A DNA stretch of 64,000 bases from Eledone cirrhosa. Taxonomy: Eukaryota. Shown here piece after piece: positions 1 through 13,191 of this stretch (its first letter is position 1; every line of letters starts with the position of its first letter). Both the position numbers and the translations under genes were made by a program. Below the pieces are notes generated by a model that ran no database searches, was not told the DNA's origin, and saw nothing but the letters and a program-made list of their open reading frames with translations. The stretch is taken from NCBI GenBank assembly GCA_964016885.1, contig CAXHJY010000082.1:1-64000 (forward strand). Direction: 5' to 3'.

Positions 1-46
1 GACACTCTACTAATCACCCAGATCACCATCTTGTCAAAGTCCTCGC

Positions 47-545
<499 letters not shown>

Positions 546-920
546 ACCAAGAAGTGTCATCATGGTGGTTACTCTAGCGGCCATTAGATCACTTAACTTC
601 TCAAGTGTAAATTTCTTCCTATATTTTTGTTATTTTCACATTTTTGTTTTTATTTATATAGCATTTACTTCAAAACTGAAAGTGAAACTACTTCGTTGAC
701 ACAATAGTAAACAGGTTGTTGATTGCATAGAACGGAAGTTACACCCGACGACGGCGCTCTTCTCCCCTACTTCCCCCCTCTCTCTCTCTCACTTATTTTC
801 TCTATTCCCCCCCCCCTCTCTCTCCCTCCCCCCTCTCTCTCTCTTTCGTTATCAAACTCCTCTCACGCGACATAAACACACGTGTGAAAATATGTATATA
901 TATATATATATAAATACATG

Positions 921-998
<78 letters not shown>

Positions 999-1019
999 CA
1001 TATAAATACATATAAATAC

Positions 1020-1140
<121 letters not shown>

Positions 1141-1141
1141 A

Positions 1142-1172
<31 letters not shown>

Positions 1173-1539
1173 AATACATATATATATAAATACACACACA
1201 CACACACACATACATACACACGTATCTATATATATATATATATATACACACACATTCATACACCGCAATACACATGGATATGTATTGTACTAAAATGATA
1301 GGTCTCAACTACAAAAGGTTTTAAGCAGACACGACATTAACAACTGTAAAACAATACAGTTGTCTATACATTTAGTTAAGTGCATCTTTCATCTGTTGTT
1401 GTCTTTCAGTTTCATATATATCATATGGTAAAAGCACATAGTTTAGTGGTTAGATTGTTGGGTCTCGATAGTGAGGTTATGAATTGATTCCAGGACCGGT
1501 TATAAATACGTGTATATATGTATATATGTATATATACAT

Positions 1540-1822
1540 GGAAGCGCGTGGCCTAATGGTAAGGGTATTGGACTTACAACCATAGCATCGTGGTTTCAAC
1601 TCCTGGACTAGCTTGTGTGTTGTGTTCTTGAGCAAAACACTTCATTTTATGTTGTTCCAGTATATTCAACTGAAAATGAGTACCAGCAATAGCCGGGAGT
1701 TTAACCCTGCGATGGACTGGCGTCCAGAGGGGGGAGTTTTTTTGTACTCTCTGTCGCTTAACGCTATGGAAACCGGGATAAGCACCGGCCTGATGAGCCC
1801 CTGGACTCGAGAAAAAGAAGAA
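1540..1822 (+). mobile_element. tRNA-derived SINE (head, central conserved domain, tail)
   Basis: A-box-like TGGCCTAATGG and B-box-like GTTTCAACTCC, then the core TGTGTTCTTGAGCAAAACACTT shared with copies at 9172, 39168 and 62682. Confidence 0.8.
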
Positions 1823-1823
1823 C

Positions 1824-1925
<102 letters not shown>

Positions 1926-2198
1926 CTTCCTTGTCATATATATATAGGAAAAAAGTCAGGGCCTCGACGGTTGAGCTCCGGCCGTTTCGACAGCTAAATC
2001 CGAACTCGTATATATATATATGACAAGGAAGTATGTTTTTGAAACAACGAGCGAGTTTGAAATTTGAAAAGATGAGTATTGACGTACATGTACGTCAATA
2101 CTCATCTTTTTCCATTGCTTAGAGGGTTCTAAGCTCCACTATCAGGCTAAAATATCTTTCGTCAAAAGTACGGCGAAAGCTTATATATATATATATAC

Positions 2199-2270
<72 letters not shown>

Positions 2271-2600
2271 TGAAATTTACACCTACACCACGTAAACCAA
2301 ACTTCCCCGAAATGAAGGATGACATCATAGAATTCTGCCGAAAGCTGCGACTAACGGAATTCTTCCACAACGACACCAACATTGAAGACGAATCACTGGT
2401 TAGAAATAAAAGCAATTTCTGCCCACAAAAGGGAAGAATTATTAACACTTAGAAACAACCCTGAGATAACCATCAAAGAAGCCGATGAAGGCAGTACTGT
2501 TGTCATTATGAATACGGACTACTATAGGACCCTCGCACTTAACACTTTAGAAAACAACACATACTATGAAAAAACAGAAAACTACTAACACACCAAAACA

Positions 2601-3665
2601 ATGGGGAACCTTTTGACCTTACTGAATAAATACCGCAACAGCTTAACCACAAAAGAGTTTAACTATATAAGCCACTTCAAATGCAATACAAGCTCCTTTT
2701 ACGGCTTACCGAAACTCCACAAATGTAAACCCATAAACGATGCATGTGACACCTCAACCAACAATTACATTGAACTAACACCACCAGAAGACCTAAAACT
2801 CAGGCCAATTATAGCAGGCCCTACATGTGAAACCCACAGACTTAGCAACTTTCTGGACATCCTACTGAAACCCTTTCTACAACATATACAGAGCTACATA
2901 CGAGATGACCTTGACATGCTGAAACACCTCCCTAAAACAGTAAGTGCAAATACAATTCTTGTCTCCTTTGACGTAATAAAGCTCTACACAAACATACCCC
3001 ACAACTATGGAATAACAGCAGTCCAATACTGGCTTAACACACACCCATCAGAAATACCGACACGCATCAACACAGATTTTATCACTGACGGACTCCGCTT
3101 TATCCTACAAAATAACTACTTCACATTCAATGGTTCAACATACAGACAAGTATCAGGTACGGCAATGGGCACGAAAGTAGCACCCACATATGACAACCTA
3201 GTCATGGGATTCCATGAACAACAAATATACAGTCAGTCCCTTCTCTTATTTGGAGACTCTTTCCACACACACCTCAAAGTCAATTGGAAAAGATATCTAG
3301 ACGACTGCTTTATCCTATGGCAAGAAGACATGAACTCACTTACTACGTTTAAAAACATGATAAACAACATAGATAATAACATACAATTCACAATGGAATC
3401 CAATCCTAAGGAATTAGCCTTCTTGGATATTCTCATCTCTGTAATAGACGGGATATTAGATACAGATATATTCTATAAACCCACAGATTCCAAGCAATAC
3501 CTCTTTTTCACATCAAGTCACACAAAACATACAAAACTTAACATTCCTTACAATTTGGCCAAACGTATATGTACCATAGTATCAGATCCACCTAAACGGG
3601 AGCAAAGACTAAAGGAACTAAAAGACACCCTTATCTTAAGAGCCTTTCCACTTGAAATGGAATAA
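2601..3665 (+). pseudogene. PLE reverse transcriptase (disrupted upstream and downstream)
   Basis: Motifs FYGLPKLHK, LRPII, SFDVIKLYTNIP, GTAMGTKVAP, RYLDDCF, FLDI, YKPTD. Stop at 2586-2588 and a frameshift after 3665. Confidence 0.92.
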
Positions 3666-3769
3666 ACAGGGCAAAACACCTAAATCCCCATCAACTTAAC
3701 AATCCCAAACAGAAAACCACACTCAACACCCTGCCATATGTATCCACTTTCAACCCCAGAAATACCGAA

Positions 3770-4345
3770 ATGTTTGATCACCTACACAAAAACCTCCCCA
3801 TCCTACTTAAAGATGTAAAAATGAAGTCTATTCTTGAAACACACAAGATCCTTAAAAGTAAAAGACAACCCAAATCACTAAAACGCATTCTCACTGGACC
3901 AAATATACCCAAACCAATCCTCAACCCTACAGTTACCAAATGTGGTAGAACAAACTGTGGAACGTGCCTCTACCTCACTGAAGGACAAAAATTTACATTT
4001 AAAGATGGCCAAACATTTACAGTAAAAAACAATTTCACCTGCAACTCGGAGAACTTGATTTACGCAATAACTTGCGGTGGGTGCAAACACAACTACATAG
4101 GACAGACGGGCCCCTCATTACGCAAAAGAATGACCATCCACCGCCAACAAATCCGGGACGCTAACACAAGAAAAATCCCCCTTGAGCAGCCATATTGCGA
4201 ACTGCGCAGGAATGACACTACCTAACTTTAAAATCTTCCCCTTCTACAAGTGCTCAGATTCGTTCACACAGCAACAAAGAATAAACAAAGAAAATCTATT
4301 CCTTAACAAATTTAAACCAAAACTAAACGGGTTATCACCCCAATA
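3770..4345 (+). pseudogene. PLE GIY-YIG endonuclease with Cys-rich linker
   Basis: CGRTNCGTC linker and NLIYAITCGGCKHNYIGQT...RMTIHR. The frameshifted tail encodes E...L...KPKLN before the stop near 4345. Confidence 0.88.
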
Positions 4346-4776
4346 GAATTGTCATAAAATATAAACACACATACGCACGGAGTGACAGATATGTGTGTGT
4401 ATGTGTGCATGTATATAATTATCACTACTATTAAAGACCAGAGACCAATTCTGTAGAATCAGATTTATTCGTTGACAGACCATGCCTTTGTGTGACCAAC
4501 ACATCCATGTTAAACCCTGCACGTGCACACACATATATCTATATATATATGCGCACACAGAATTCACCACTGTCGGTTGCGGGGCCCAATCTACATGAAG
4601 AACTCAATGTGATCAGAATGACTTGTATTTTAATTTCACTGTTCTAACTTCTTATATTATGGAAAAAATATGTGTATGTATGTATGTATATATATATATT
4701 TGGAGGCCATTTCTCATGTGTGTGGGTGTATGTATGTGTATGTGTGTGTGTGTGTATGTGTGTGCATGTGGATGTA

Positions 4777-4820
<44 letters not shown>

Positions 4821-5140
4821 TATCTGGATGTATGTGTATGTATATATATGTGTGTGTGTGTGTGTATATATATACGTGTGTGTATGTGTATATATATGTG
4901 TGTGTGTGTGTTTGTATGTGTGTATGTATATATGTGTGTGTGTATGTATGTGTGTGTGTGTATATATATATATACATGTGTGTGTATGTATATATATATA
5001 TATGTGTATGTATGTGTGTGTGTGTGTGTATGTATGTGTGTATCTGGATGTATGTGTATGTATATATATGTGTGTGTGTGTATATATATGTGTGTGTATG
5101 TGTATATGTGTGTGTATGTATATGTATGTGTGTGTGTATG

Positions 5141-5193
<53 letters not shown>

Positions 5194-5546
5194 GTATATG
5201 TATGTGTGTGTGGATGAGGGTATGTGTATATATAGGTGTAAGTGCACTAAATCCCTTTTTATCACTCTCCCTCTCCTACCGACCACATGGAGATATATGT
5301 ATGTATATTGCTTCCACCCCCTCACTGACCAGCAGCTGGCCATCTGGCCATTGCTAAATCTGACCTTAAAAAAACCCCACTCCCCACAAGAGGTTCCTCA
5401 TTCACTGCCAGAGGGGGACGCACAGCAGTCGGCTTGCTGCTACCAAGATGAAAACTACTATGAAATCCCACACTGAATTTTATACTTGAATGTTCAAATC
5501 TCAAATTTTAACTCTTCTTATTATTAATTTTTCTTAATATTAATCA

Positions 5547-5592
5547 ACATTTGAAAAGATGGCTTTTGCAGACCCATCGAAACCGGTCATTT
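5547..5592 (+). ncRNA. Minimal hammerhead ribozyme motif, U3-A8 core variant
   Basis: TTGAAAA (5551-57), stem II GATGG/CCATC, GAAA, palindromic loop CCGG, then TC. Stem I is weak (2 bp). Confidence 0.6.
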
Positions 5593-5731
5593 TTTATACC
5601 CTTTATTCTTTCCTTACCTTATAAAATTATATATTTTTTCACAAAAAAGTATTCTGTCTCATATATATTCCATGTGCCATTACCAACCTCAATTTTCTCT
5701 ATAACCTTCGTTTTGTGTAGAAACTTACACT

Positions 5732-5766
<35 letters not shown>

Positions 5767-5770
<4 letters not shown>

Positions 5771-5910
5771 TGGATTGGATTCCCGATGTACATCGGGAGA
5801 TAACCACAGTTCAAAAAAATGTACTCAATATGTTAGTAGAGTATAGGCATCTTTATTTTATTATAAAAATGACTTCTACGGGACTAAAACTGTTTCATTC
5901 GTAAGAGAGC
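5767..5910 (-). mobile_element. PLE pseudo-LTR 3' fragment (same family as 14150-14270)
   Basis: The reverse complement reads GAATGAAACAGTTTTAGTCCCGTAGAAG...ACTCTACTAAC...TGAGTAC, matching 14156-14232. Confidence 0.55.
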
Positions 5911-6337
5911 AAGGCTAGACAATGAAAACAAAGAAGGTGATGTTCAGTGTTTGATTAGTTCATTGTTTTACGATCGTTTCGAAGGGCTGACTGAGTCATG
6001 ATAATATCAATATATTGACCAATCGATAGCAGTTATGTAATTGTCATTCTCGATATAATTGATCTGTCTCTCACATTTTCCAGCCCAGGGATCGTGGCCA
6101 TACTGGGGCAACGCCATCACTATTATAATACTCTCTTTCACTTTAGCTCTTGATAAATTCAAACGCTTGATAACCCTGTCCTCATTTGTATTTATTTACT
6201 GTGAACTTAGATAGTTGAATGTCCAGGGGCATCTTGAAGACATTGATATCCGTTTCATATATATCTTTTAATTATTTGGCAAGGTATTAAAGAGCTTTGT
6301 ACCTTTGAAGACTAAACTGTTGCAGTACCTGGTCCTA

Positions 6338-6538
6338 CAGAGTGGGCCAAAAGTGACTTCCTATTAAAAAAAAATTCATATTTTCATTATTAAAATATTT
6401 TTTTTTCTTTCGGATTAAAGCTGAATAAAAACAAGATCCAATTATTGAAAAATACACCCTCCAAGAAGAATTAGTTTTGAGTTAATTTGTAATGTTTTAT
6501 TAATAAAAATAGGTAAGAAGTGACTTTTGGCTCACCTT
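6338..6538. mobile_element. Tc1/mariner-type MITE
   Basis: Imperfect TIRs CAGAGTGGGCCAAAAGTGACTTC and GAAGTGACTTTTGGCTCACCTT, preceded by TA, with an AT-rich interior. Confidence 0.6.
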
Positions 6539-6540
6539 AG

Positions 6541-6695
6541 GACTTAGGAAAGTTCGCTTCCCAATCACGAGATTCTGTTTTGATGCTACTGCGTGGAATT
6601 TTAGGCAAGTGTTTATTGTCATAGCCTCGGGTTGATTCAAATCTTATGATTGAAGTTGGGTAGATAGAAACTGTTTAAAAGACCGTCGGATGCAC
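6541..6695 (+). mobile_element. Degenerate SINE fragment
   Basis: GCTTCCCAATCAC...CTGCGTGG...GGCAAGTGT...ATAGCCTCGGG, a tRNA-SINE-like head and core, heavily mutated. Confidence 0.45.
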
Positions 6696-6844
6696 TATAG
6701 CTGTAATTGAACTGTTCAAGCTTGGTCACATATTGTGTCACACTGAACATAGCAGAGAATCTGTACAGATTAATTAAACTCGTCAAACGTTCAGTTGATT
6801 TAATCATCGTTAAAACCGACGCAGGATCCATCATTGCAACCACA

Positions 6845-7780
6845 GAAGGCGACCACCATAACCACTCCCATTAGATTACTACAACCATCATCACCTTCAT
6901 CACCACGAACAACAACCTCAGCACCACCACTACCACCACCACCACCACCACCACCACCTTACTACCATCACTACCATCACCATGAACAACAACCTCACCA
7001 CCACCATCACCACCTTACTACCATCACTACCATCACTACCATCAAAACGAGCAACAACCTGACCACCACTACCACCACCACCATCTCCATGAACAACAAC
7101 CTCACTACCACCACCACGACCACCACTACCACCACCACCACGACCACCATTACTGCCATCACCATGAACAACAACCTCACCACCACCACCACTATTACTA
7201 AAATCCCTACCATCACCAAGAACAGCAACCTCCCCAATATCACCACCACCACCATTACTACCATCACTACCATCACCAAGAACAACCCCAGTACCACCAT
7301 CATCACCACAGACACACCGCCATCATCACCACCACACTACCACTCGCTGTTCTTATACGACCATTGCGTACATCAAGTACATTCTCAAAACTCTTACACT
7401 ACTTACCTGCACCACCCTACACTGCACTACCAATACTTACCACCAACATCAATCACAAACACGACGTTTGAAACCTTCACCACCACCACCGCCACCACCA
7501 CCTCCACCTCCACCACCTCCACCACTACCTTCCCCGCCATACCCACACACCCCACCCCACCATCGCCACAAACAATAAATTCAACACCAACACCAACACC
7601 ACTACCAACAGTAACATTTTCCACTGCCACCACTTCCACTGCCACCACCATCAAAACCACCACCTCTACTGCCACCACCATCAAAACCACCACCTCTACT
7701 GCCACCACCACTGCCACCACCACCGCCACCACCACCACCACCACCACCACCACTACCACCACCGCCACCACCACCACCAG
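6845..7780. repeat. Low-complexity trinucleotide tract (ACC/ACT/ATC)
   Basis: Runs of CACCAC, CACTAC and CATCAC; explains ORF 6834..7832. Confidence 0.9.
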
Positions 7781-8059
7781 TAATCCACATATCTCGCCTC
7801 CGCTCCATACCAGTCTCTCCTATCATCAATAATGTACAATATACAATATACAATATACAATATACAATGTACAATATACAATATACAATGTATGTCTATG
7901 TAAGACATTCAGTCAACCGTACAGAGAGAGAGAGACATATATTAATGACAGCTTTGTCAGCAATATAAACGACTATAACAAAGTGTTAGTCGTTATTTAA
8001 TGACATTTACTTAACCATTCAGTTAACAACACTTACTAAAGCATGTCTGTTTGGCTGTG

Positions 8060-8142
<83 letters not shown>

Positions 8143-8190
8143 TTTTATTTCTCTGTCTCTCTACATACACACACATTCATACACATCTCA

Positions 8191-8375
8191 TTTGGCAGTA
8201 TCGGTAGAGGGTCGGACAACATGCTTTGCAGCACAGAGTTACGCCCCTTTCTGATCTGAGTTCAAATCCTGCCGAGGTTAACTTTGCCTTTCATCCTTAC
8301 GGGGTCGATAAAATAAAGTACCAGTAATGCACTGGGATAATGGCTGGCCTTGTGCCAAAAGTAGAAACAACTATT
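8191..8375 (+). mobile_element. tRNA-derived SINE, second family (5' slightly truncated)
   Basis: TTGGCAGTATCGG A-box, GAGTTCAAATCC B-box, and tail GAGGTTAACTTTGCCTTTCATCCTTACGGGGTCGATAAAATAAAGTACCAGT nearly identical to 62836-62994. Confidence 0.85.
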
Positions 8376-8714
8376 TTGTCTATCTATCTGTTTCACTCTC
8401 TCCGTCTCCCCCATTCTCTCTGTCTCTGATAATGTCTGATGATCCTGTGAGTCCACAGATGAAACTCCTGAATAACAAGATCCATCACTTAGCCATAATA
8501 AAGAATATTATAAGAAACTCTACTTCGTTATTGCGTACTCATTCAGGGTTCCGTCAATATCATATATATATGTATATAACCTTATGCACCAAATCGTACT
8601 ATAGTGTGTGGTTGGTGAGGATAATAGACGCTTTTCATCGTTTGCGCAGCGAATATATCGATTATATATATATATCCGTGTGTAGTTGACAGAGAGAGAG
8701 AGAGAGAGAACTAT

Positions 8715-9170
8715 AGTTGAAATCGGTTAGTAATGTCTTCTTAGTCCGGGAATTAGACAAGATGCTGTCCTTGTTTCACAATAGGTATTAAGTTAAAGAG
8801 GTTTTTTTCCTGCTCCGAATGAATATTGAGCAAAAGTTTTAGTTCTCGGTATGTTGTCGGTGAGTTTATTGGAGGTGGTTTGTAAATCAAGTTCAGTTAA
8901 AGATGATGATACAGCATTGTTGTCTACATATTTTAGTTCATAGTTCGTGGATATATGGCTTGAAGATATCATTTTTGTTTGTTAAAAAAATCCTCCATGT
9001 TGAATGGTAACCACAAGTTTGGATTCACTGTTGATTTTGATTAATACGGCAGTCATATACACTTCAAATATGGTGAGGAACGGATACACAGTCTTGTTTA
9101 GCACCTCCTTTATGTTAAATTAAAAAGAAAGTTCACTTTCTGGGCTATTATAAAAGGATTTATAATAGTG
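8715..9170 (-). pseudogene. Highly degenerate LINE (RTE-like) RT fragment
   Basis: Minus-strand remnants GAKQDCV..P.IFEVYM (GVKQGCVLxP-like) and YVDN (YADD-like), with many stops and frameshifts. Confidence 0.45.
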
Positions 9171-9171
9171 T

Positions 9172-9298
9172 AGACGCATGGCTTAGTGTTTAGAGAGTTG
9201 GATTCACAATCGTGAGGTTAGGAGTTCAATTATCAGACCGGGTGATGCGTTGTGTCCTTGAGCAAGACACTTTATTTCACGTTGCTCCTTCTTCCAAG
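9172..9298 (+). mobile_element. tRNA-derived SINE head plus core
   Basis: TGGCTTAGTG A-box, GAGTTCAATT B-box, core CGTTGTGTCCTTGAGCAAGACACTTTATTTCACGTTGCTCC. Confidence 0.8.
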
Positions 9299-9617
9299 AA
9301 GTTGCGACCGGTAGATAGTATCAGCAATGGAAAGCTCAATGGAAACAAAAAAGTTCCCTTGGTCCGATTTGACGAGGACCACTCCACTCGACAAGCGAAT
9401 GAGGTCTGGGATCTTGTTGATCGATAAAAGGATTTAACACACCGAGCATTATAATAAATGTTCGGTGAATCCATACGTACATATATATATGTGTGCATGT
9501 ATGTATATATACATACTACTGTACGTCTGTATACATATATGTATGTACGTGTACATACTTATATTTAAGTAACAGCCGTACTAAGAGTGGGAAATGAAAT
9601 TTCGTTTCATTTTTTCC

Positions 9618-9706
<89 letters not shown>

Positions 9707-10061
9707 GTATTTATATATATATATGTATATATGTGTGTATGTATGCATACATACATAGAAACATTCATTCATAAATGCATATATACATATTCTCCAACTA
9801 TTATCACTACCATCAGCACCATCAGCAAGAGAGCATAATTGATATCCGAAGTATCGATTTGAAATGAAACGTCTAGTATTCTATGAATGGCCAGGTAGCA
9901 CTGTCGCTAATGGCCACTATTGAACCATGACCATCACCGCCTGACATGTTCCAACATGATATTAACGTGTAATTGGCTACGCTGAATGATTAATGAGCAG
10001 GCATTAAATTATGGCCGTCATCTCTTCCTACATTTCTCTCTGATTCCCTGACTCTCTGACT

Positions 10062-10788
10062 TGCTCTCCGTCCGTCCGTCTGTCTATGTGTCTGTCCGTC
10101 CGTCTGTCTCTCTCTCAGTCCGTCAGTGTTGCCTGTCTATGTGTCTGTCCGTCCGTCTGTCTATGTGTCTGTCCGTCCGTCTGTCTCTCTCTCAGTCCGT
10201 CAGTGTTGCCTGTCTATGTGTCTGTCCGTCCGTCTGTCTATGTGTCTGTCCGTCCGTCTGTCTCTCTCTCAGTCCGTCAGTGTTGCCTGTCTATGTGTCT
10301 GTCCGTCCGTCTGTCTATGTGTCTGTCCGTCCGTCTGTCTATGTGTCTGTCCGTCCGTCTGTCTCTCTCTCAGTCCGTCAGTGTTGCCTGTCTATGTGTC
10401 TGTCCGTCCGTCTGTCTATGTGTCTGTCCGTCCGTCTGTCTCTCTCTCAGTCCGTCAGTGTTGCCTGTCTATGTGTCTGTCCGTCCGTCTGTCTATGTGT
10501 CTGTCCGTCCGTCTGTCTCTCTCTCAGTCCGTCAGTGTTGCCTGTCTATGTGTCTGTCCGTCCGTCTGTCTATGTGTCTGTCCGTCCGTCTGTCTCTCTC
10601 TCAGTCCGTCAGTGTTGCCTGTCTATGTGTCTGTCCGTCCGTCTGTCTATGTGTCTGTCCGTCCGTCTGTCTCTCTCTCAGTCCGTCAGTGTTGCCTGTC
10701 TATGTGTCTGTCCGTCCGTCTGTCTATGTGTCTGTCCGTCCGTCTGTCTCTCTCTCAGTCCGTCAGTGTTGCCTGTCTATGTGTCTGC
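10062..10788. repeat. 77-bp minisatellite (24+24+29 bp subunits), about 9 copies
   Basis: CAGTGTTGCCTG recurs every 77 bp; one unit is 101 bp because of an extra 24-mer GTCTATGTGTCTGTCCGTCCGTCT. Confidence 0.9.
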
Positions 10789-10936
10789 TAGGATATATTC
10801 TTTTGATTTTGCTTTGTGGATTTCTCATGTGCCATGTGTTATCCATTCACTCATTGTGTCTCTCTCGCTTCTTCTTCCCCCTCTCTCCCCCTCTTCTCCT
10901 TCCTCTTCCCTCCTCTTTCTCTCTCTTTCTTTATAT

Positions 10937-11275
10937 CAGAAGCTCTCAAACTTTTGGCCCCCCCCCCCCCTCACGGCCACGTAATACCATTAACGTCCCC
11001 ACCCCTGTTTTCAGAGAGACCTGCCTACAAGCAAATTGTAAATAAATAATATATAATAAATAACATCGTTAATGTATATATATTAAATAATATAATACAT
11101 ACTATGTATAAATAAATATTATATATTTTTTATTTTACTATATATATATATATATAATATGTATCATTTCATATTTAATATACTATTATATCATCTGTAC
11201 CGCCCCCTTATGCCCCAACGCCCCCTGGACCTTCCCCTCTTCCTGGGGCGGTAGCTCCCGTTTTCAGAACCTCTG
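10937..11275. mobile_element. Possible hAT-type non-autonomous element
   Basis: Imperfect TIRs CAGAAGCTCTCAAAC and GTTTTCAGAACCTCTG, with C-rich subterminal blocks. No clear TSD. Confidence 0.4.
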
Positions 11276-11335
<60 letters not shown>

Positions 11336-11339
<4 letters not shown>

Positions 11340-11762
11340 TAGAATTGGTGCGCTGAAATAGCGATGTATATATGAATGTATATATAGTGTATTTTGCAAT
11401 GCACTGTATGCTTAATTAAAAGCATTTTGAAAACCTTACGCTATTGTTTTAAAGTAGCGGCATTGTCGCTTACTTTAATTTTCGGCAGACAGGGAGAGAT
11501 ATTTGACAGCGCTGTTTCGTACTATTTGGTACTTATCAAAACTCACTACTCTCCCCGTCTGCCGAAAATTATGTGTGTTGGATTCTTATAGAATTCCAGT
11601 AACAATCAGGAATTGATTTTACAGAGCGGTCGCCGGCCCAGCAGAAATAGAAAATAGCGTATGGTCTTCAAAATGCTTTTAATTAAGCATACAGTGTATT
11701 GCAAAATACACTGTATATACATTCATATATATATCGCTATTTCAGAGCACCAATTCTAATTT
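11336..11762. repeat. Fold-back element with about 110-bp outer inverted repeats and an inner hairpin
   Basis: 11336-11445 is the reverse complement of 11653-11762. Inner IR 11477-11498 / 11549-11570. Confidence 0.85.
11499..11545 (-). ncRNA. Minimal hammerhead ribozyme motif, U3-A8 core variant
   Basis: Minus strand: TTGATAA, GTAC-CAAATA-GTAC, GAAA, CAGCGCTG, TC. Distal stem I is formed by the inner IR. Confidence 0.7.
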
Positions 11763-11803
11763 TCAATTTCTAAGTAAATATACTAACTTACTTCGTTTCA
11801 CGT

Positions 11804-11850
11804 CTCCTACAGAATTTTCTATTTCAAGAACTATAACTCTCATCAGGTTG
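11804..11850 (-). ncRNA. Degenerate hammerhead-like motif
   Basis: Minus strand: CTGATGA, GAG..CTT, GAAA, TAGAA-AA-TTCTG, TA. Stem I is poorly paired. Confidence 0.4.
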
Positions 11851-12169
11851 GTTAAAAGGCGGAATCCCTCTCTGATCAGCAGTCACGATGGTGGAATGCA
11901 TTTATTAACAAGCGTTGATTGGATAAAATGAAACAAATGAATCCTATTTAATGGAAAGGTAACCGTAATTTTAAATATAAAATAATGGTGCTAGCTAGAA
12001 AAATAAGATGAAGTTACAGAAAACGATATAAATATATATATGGAGAAATATGAAAAGATATGGAAACCATGTATATATTTATGTGAGTATCAAAACAAAA
12101 ATGAAAATTGTAAATGTATATAGATCTAACTGTGCCATGGAAAATACTCCAAATTGTATAAATCTCCAC

Positions 12170-12670
12170 AGAAATGGGATATTATCGATCCCATCTTTTA
12201 TAGTTTGATGGTATAAATTCCGAAAGTAAAGATTTTGAGATATTGCGTGATCCAATTTATAGCTTAAAGATATGAATTAATATTCACAAATATTTCCTCT
12301 ATCTAATTTCTTTTCATTTACCGATGAATCTTATAAAACATTAGGTTTTCAACAGAAATTCCATCAAAATAAGCTATTCTTCCCGTAAAACGATTTCTAG
12401 CTCAATTGACCAATTCAAATCTAAAAGCATTTTAAAGCGTCAATAATATAGTTTATCATTCTAACTCTAATTACATTGCTCTAAAGAATAATACTATGTT
12501 GAGGTACAATTAGGCATAAACAGTATGCCAGGCTTATATTGGATTAACTAAGAATTCTTTTAAAGGTAGCGTTTATCAACATATTCATTTATTCAAGACT
12601 TCGAAGAAATAATTTATGACACGACTTGCCAAGAATATTTAGATTTAAAAAGAAACATGTCCAAGAGTAA
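12170..12670 (+). pseudogene. Degenerate Nematis-type PLE thumb/GIY-YIG fragment
   Basis: Remnants FNRNSIKISYS and AYIGLTKNSFK..VYQH..FK match motifs in ORF 37323..38309. Confidence 0.7.
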
Positions 12671-12935
12671 TTATAATCAAATGATTAATCTTTGAATAAG
12701 CTTCTCCACACACACGCGCGCGCGCGCACACACATGTATAACCTGTCTGTATCTATCGTTGTTGTGGTATATGTATAGCCATTGCCTTCGGTCGTTTTTA
12801 TTCGTGTCACACTTTTTAACTTGTGTTTGGTCTGGACCATAATATATTAACTTTTCGCTCCATTGAATGCTTTTTGATTGCCTCAAACATATCGAATAAT
12901 ACTTGTTGTATGGCAGCTACAACTTTGGTTTGCAC

Positions 12936-13006
<71 letters not shown>

Positions 13007-13191
13007 ATATGAGTTTGTGTGTGTGGGGGGGGGGGGGTCTGTGTGTGTCGGTTTACATTTGATTTTGCGATATTTTATTTGAAGACATACATGGCGTAAA
13101 CAAAAAGTCTGGAATTTTCGGTAGATGCAGCTATGCCCCAATCAACACCTTTACTTTCCCAATATATATATATATTAATAAAAGATCGGAC

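Larger units (their letters stand above)
2269..5735 (+). mobile_element. Penelope-like element, Neptune-type, degenerate, with microsatellite-rich 3' region ending in an HHR motif
   Basis: N-terminal LKFTPTP motif from about 2270, RT ORF, Cys-rich linker and GIY-YIG endonuclease. HHR-like motif at 5547-5592 on the same strand. Flanked by (TA)n. The 3' boundary is inferred. Confidence 0.8.

Noticed and set aside
551-705. Possible hammerhead GTGTC...GAAACTACTTCGTTGACAC
   Set aside because: No recognisable CUGANGA core; too degenerate.
1540-1612. tRNA genes at SINE heads (also 9172, 39168, 62682, 62836)
   Set aside because: No intact cloverleaf, and each continues into a shared SINE body.
5963-6090. 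Minus-strand GAAA-CGATCG-TA half-hammerhead (similar halves at about 8625, 13946 and 23760)
   Set aside because: The 5' core is missing or unrecognisable, so these were not counted as ribozymes.
6834-7832. 332-aa Thr/Pro/His-rich mucin-like ORF
   Set aside because: Non-ATG start, trinucleotide low complexity, and no signal peptide or splice evidence.
9840-10030. Non-repetitive TAAT-rich island, possible enhancer (also 17160-17290)
   Set aside because: Cannot be supported without conservation or chromatin data.
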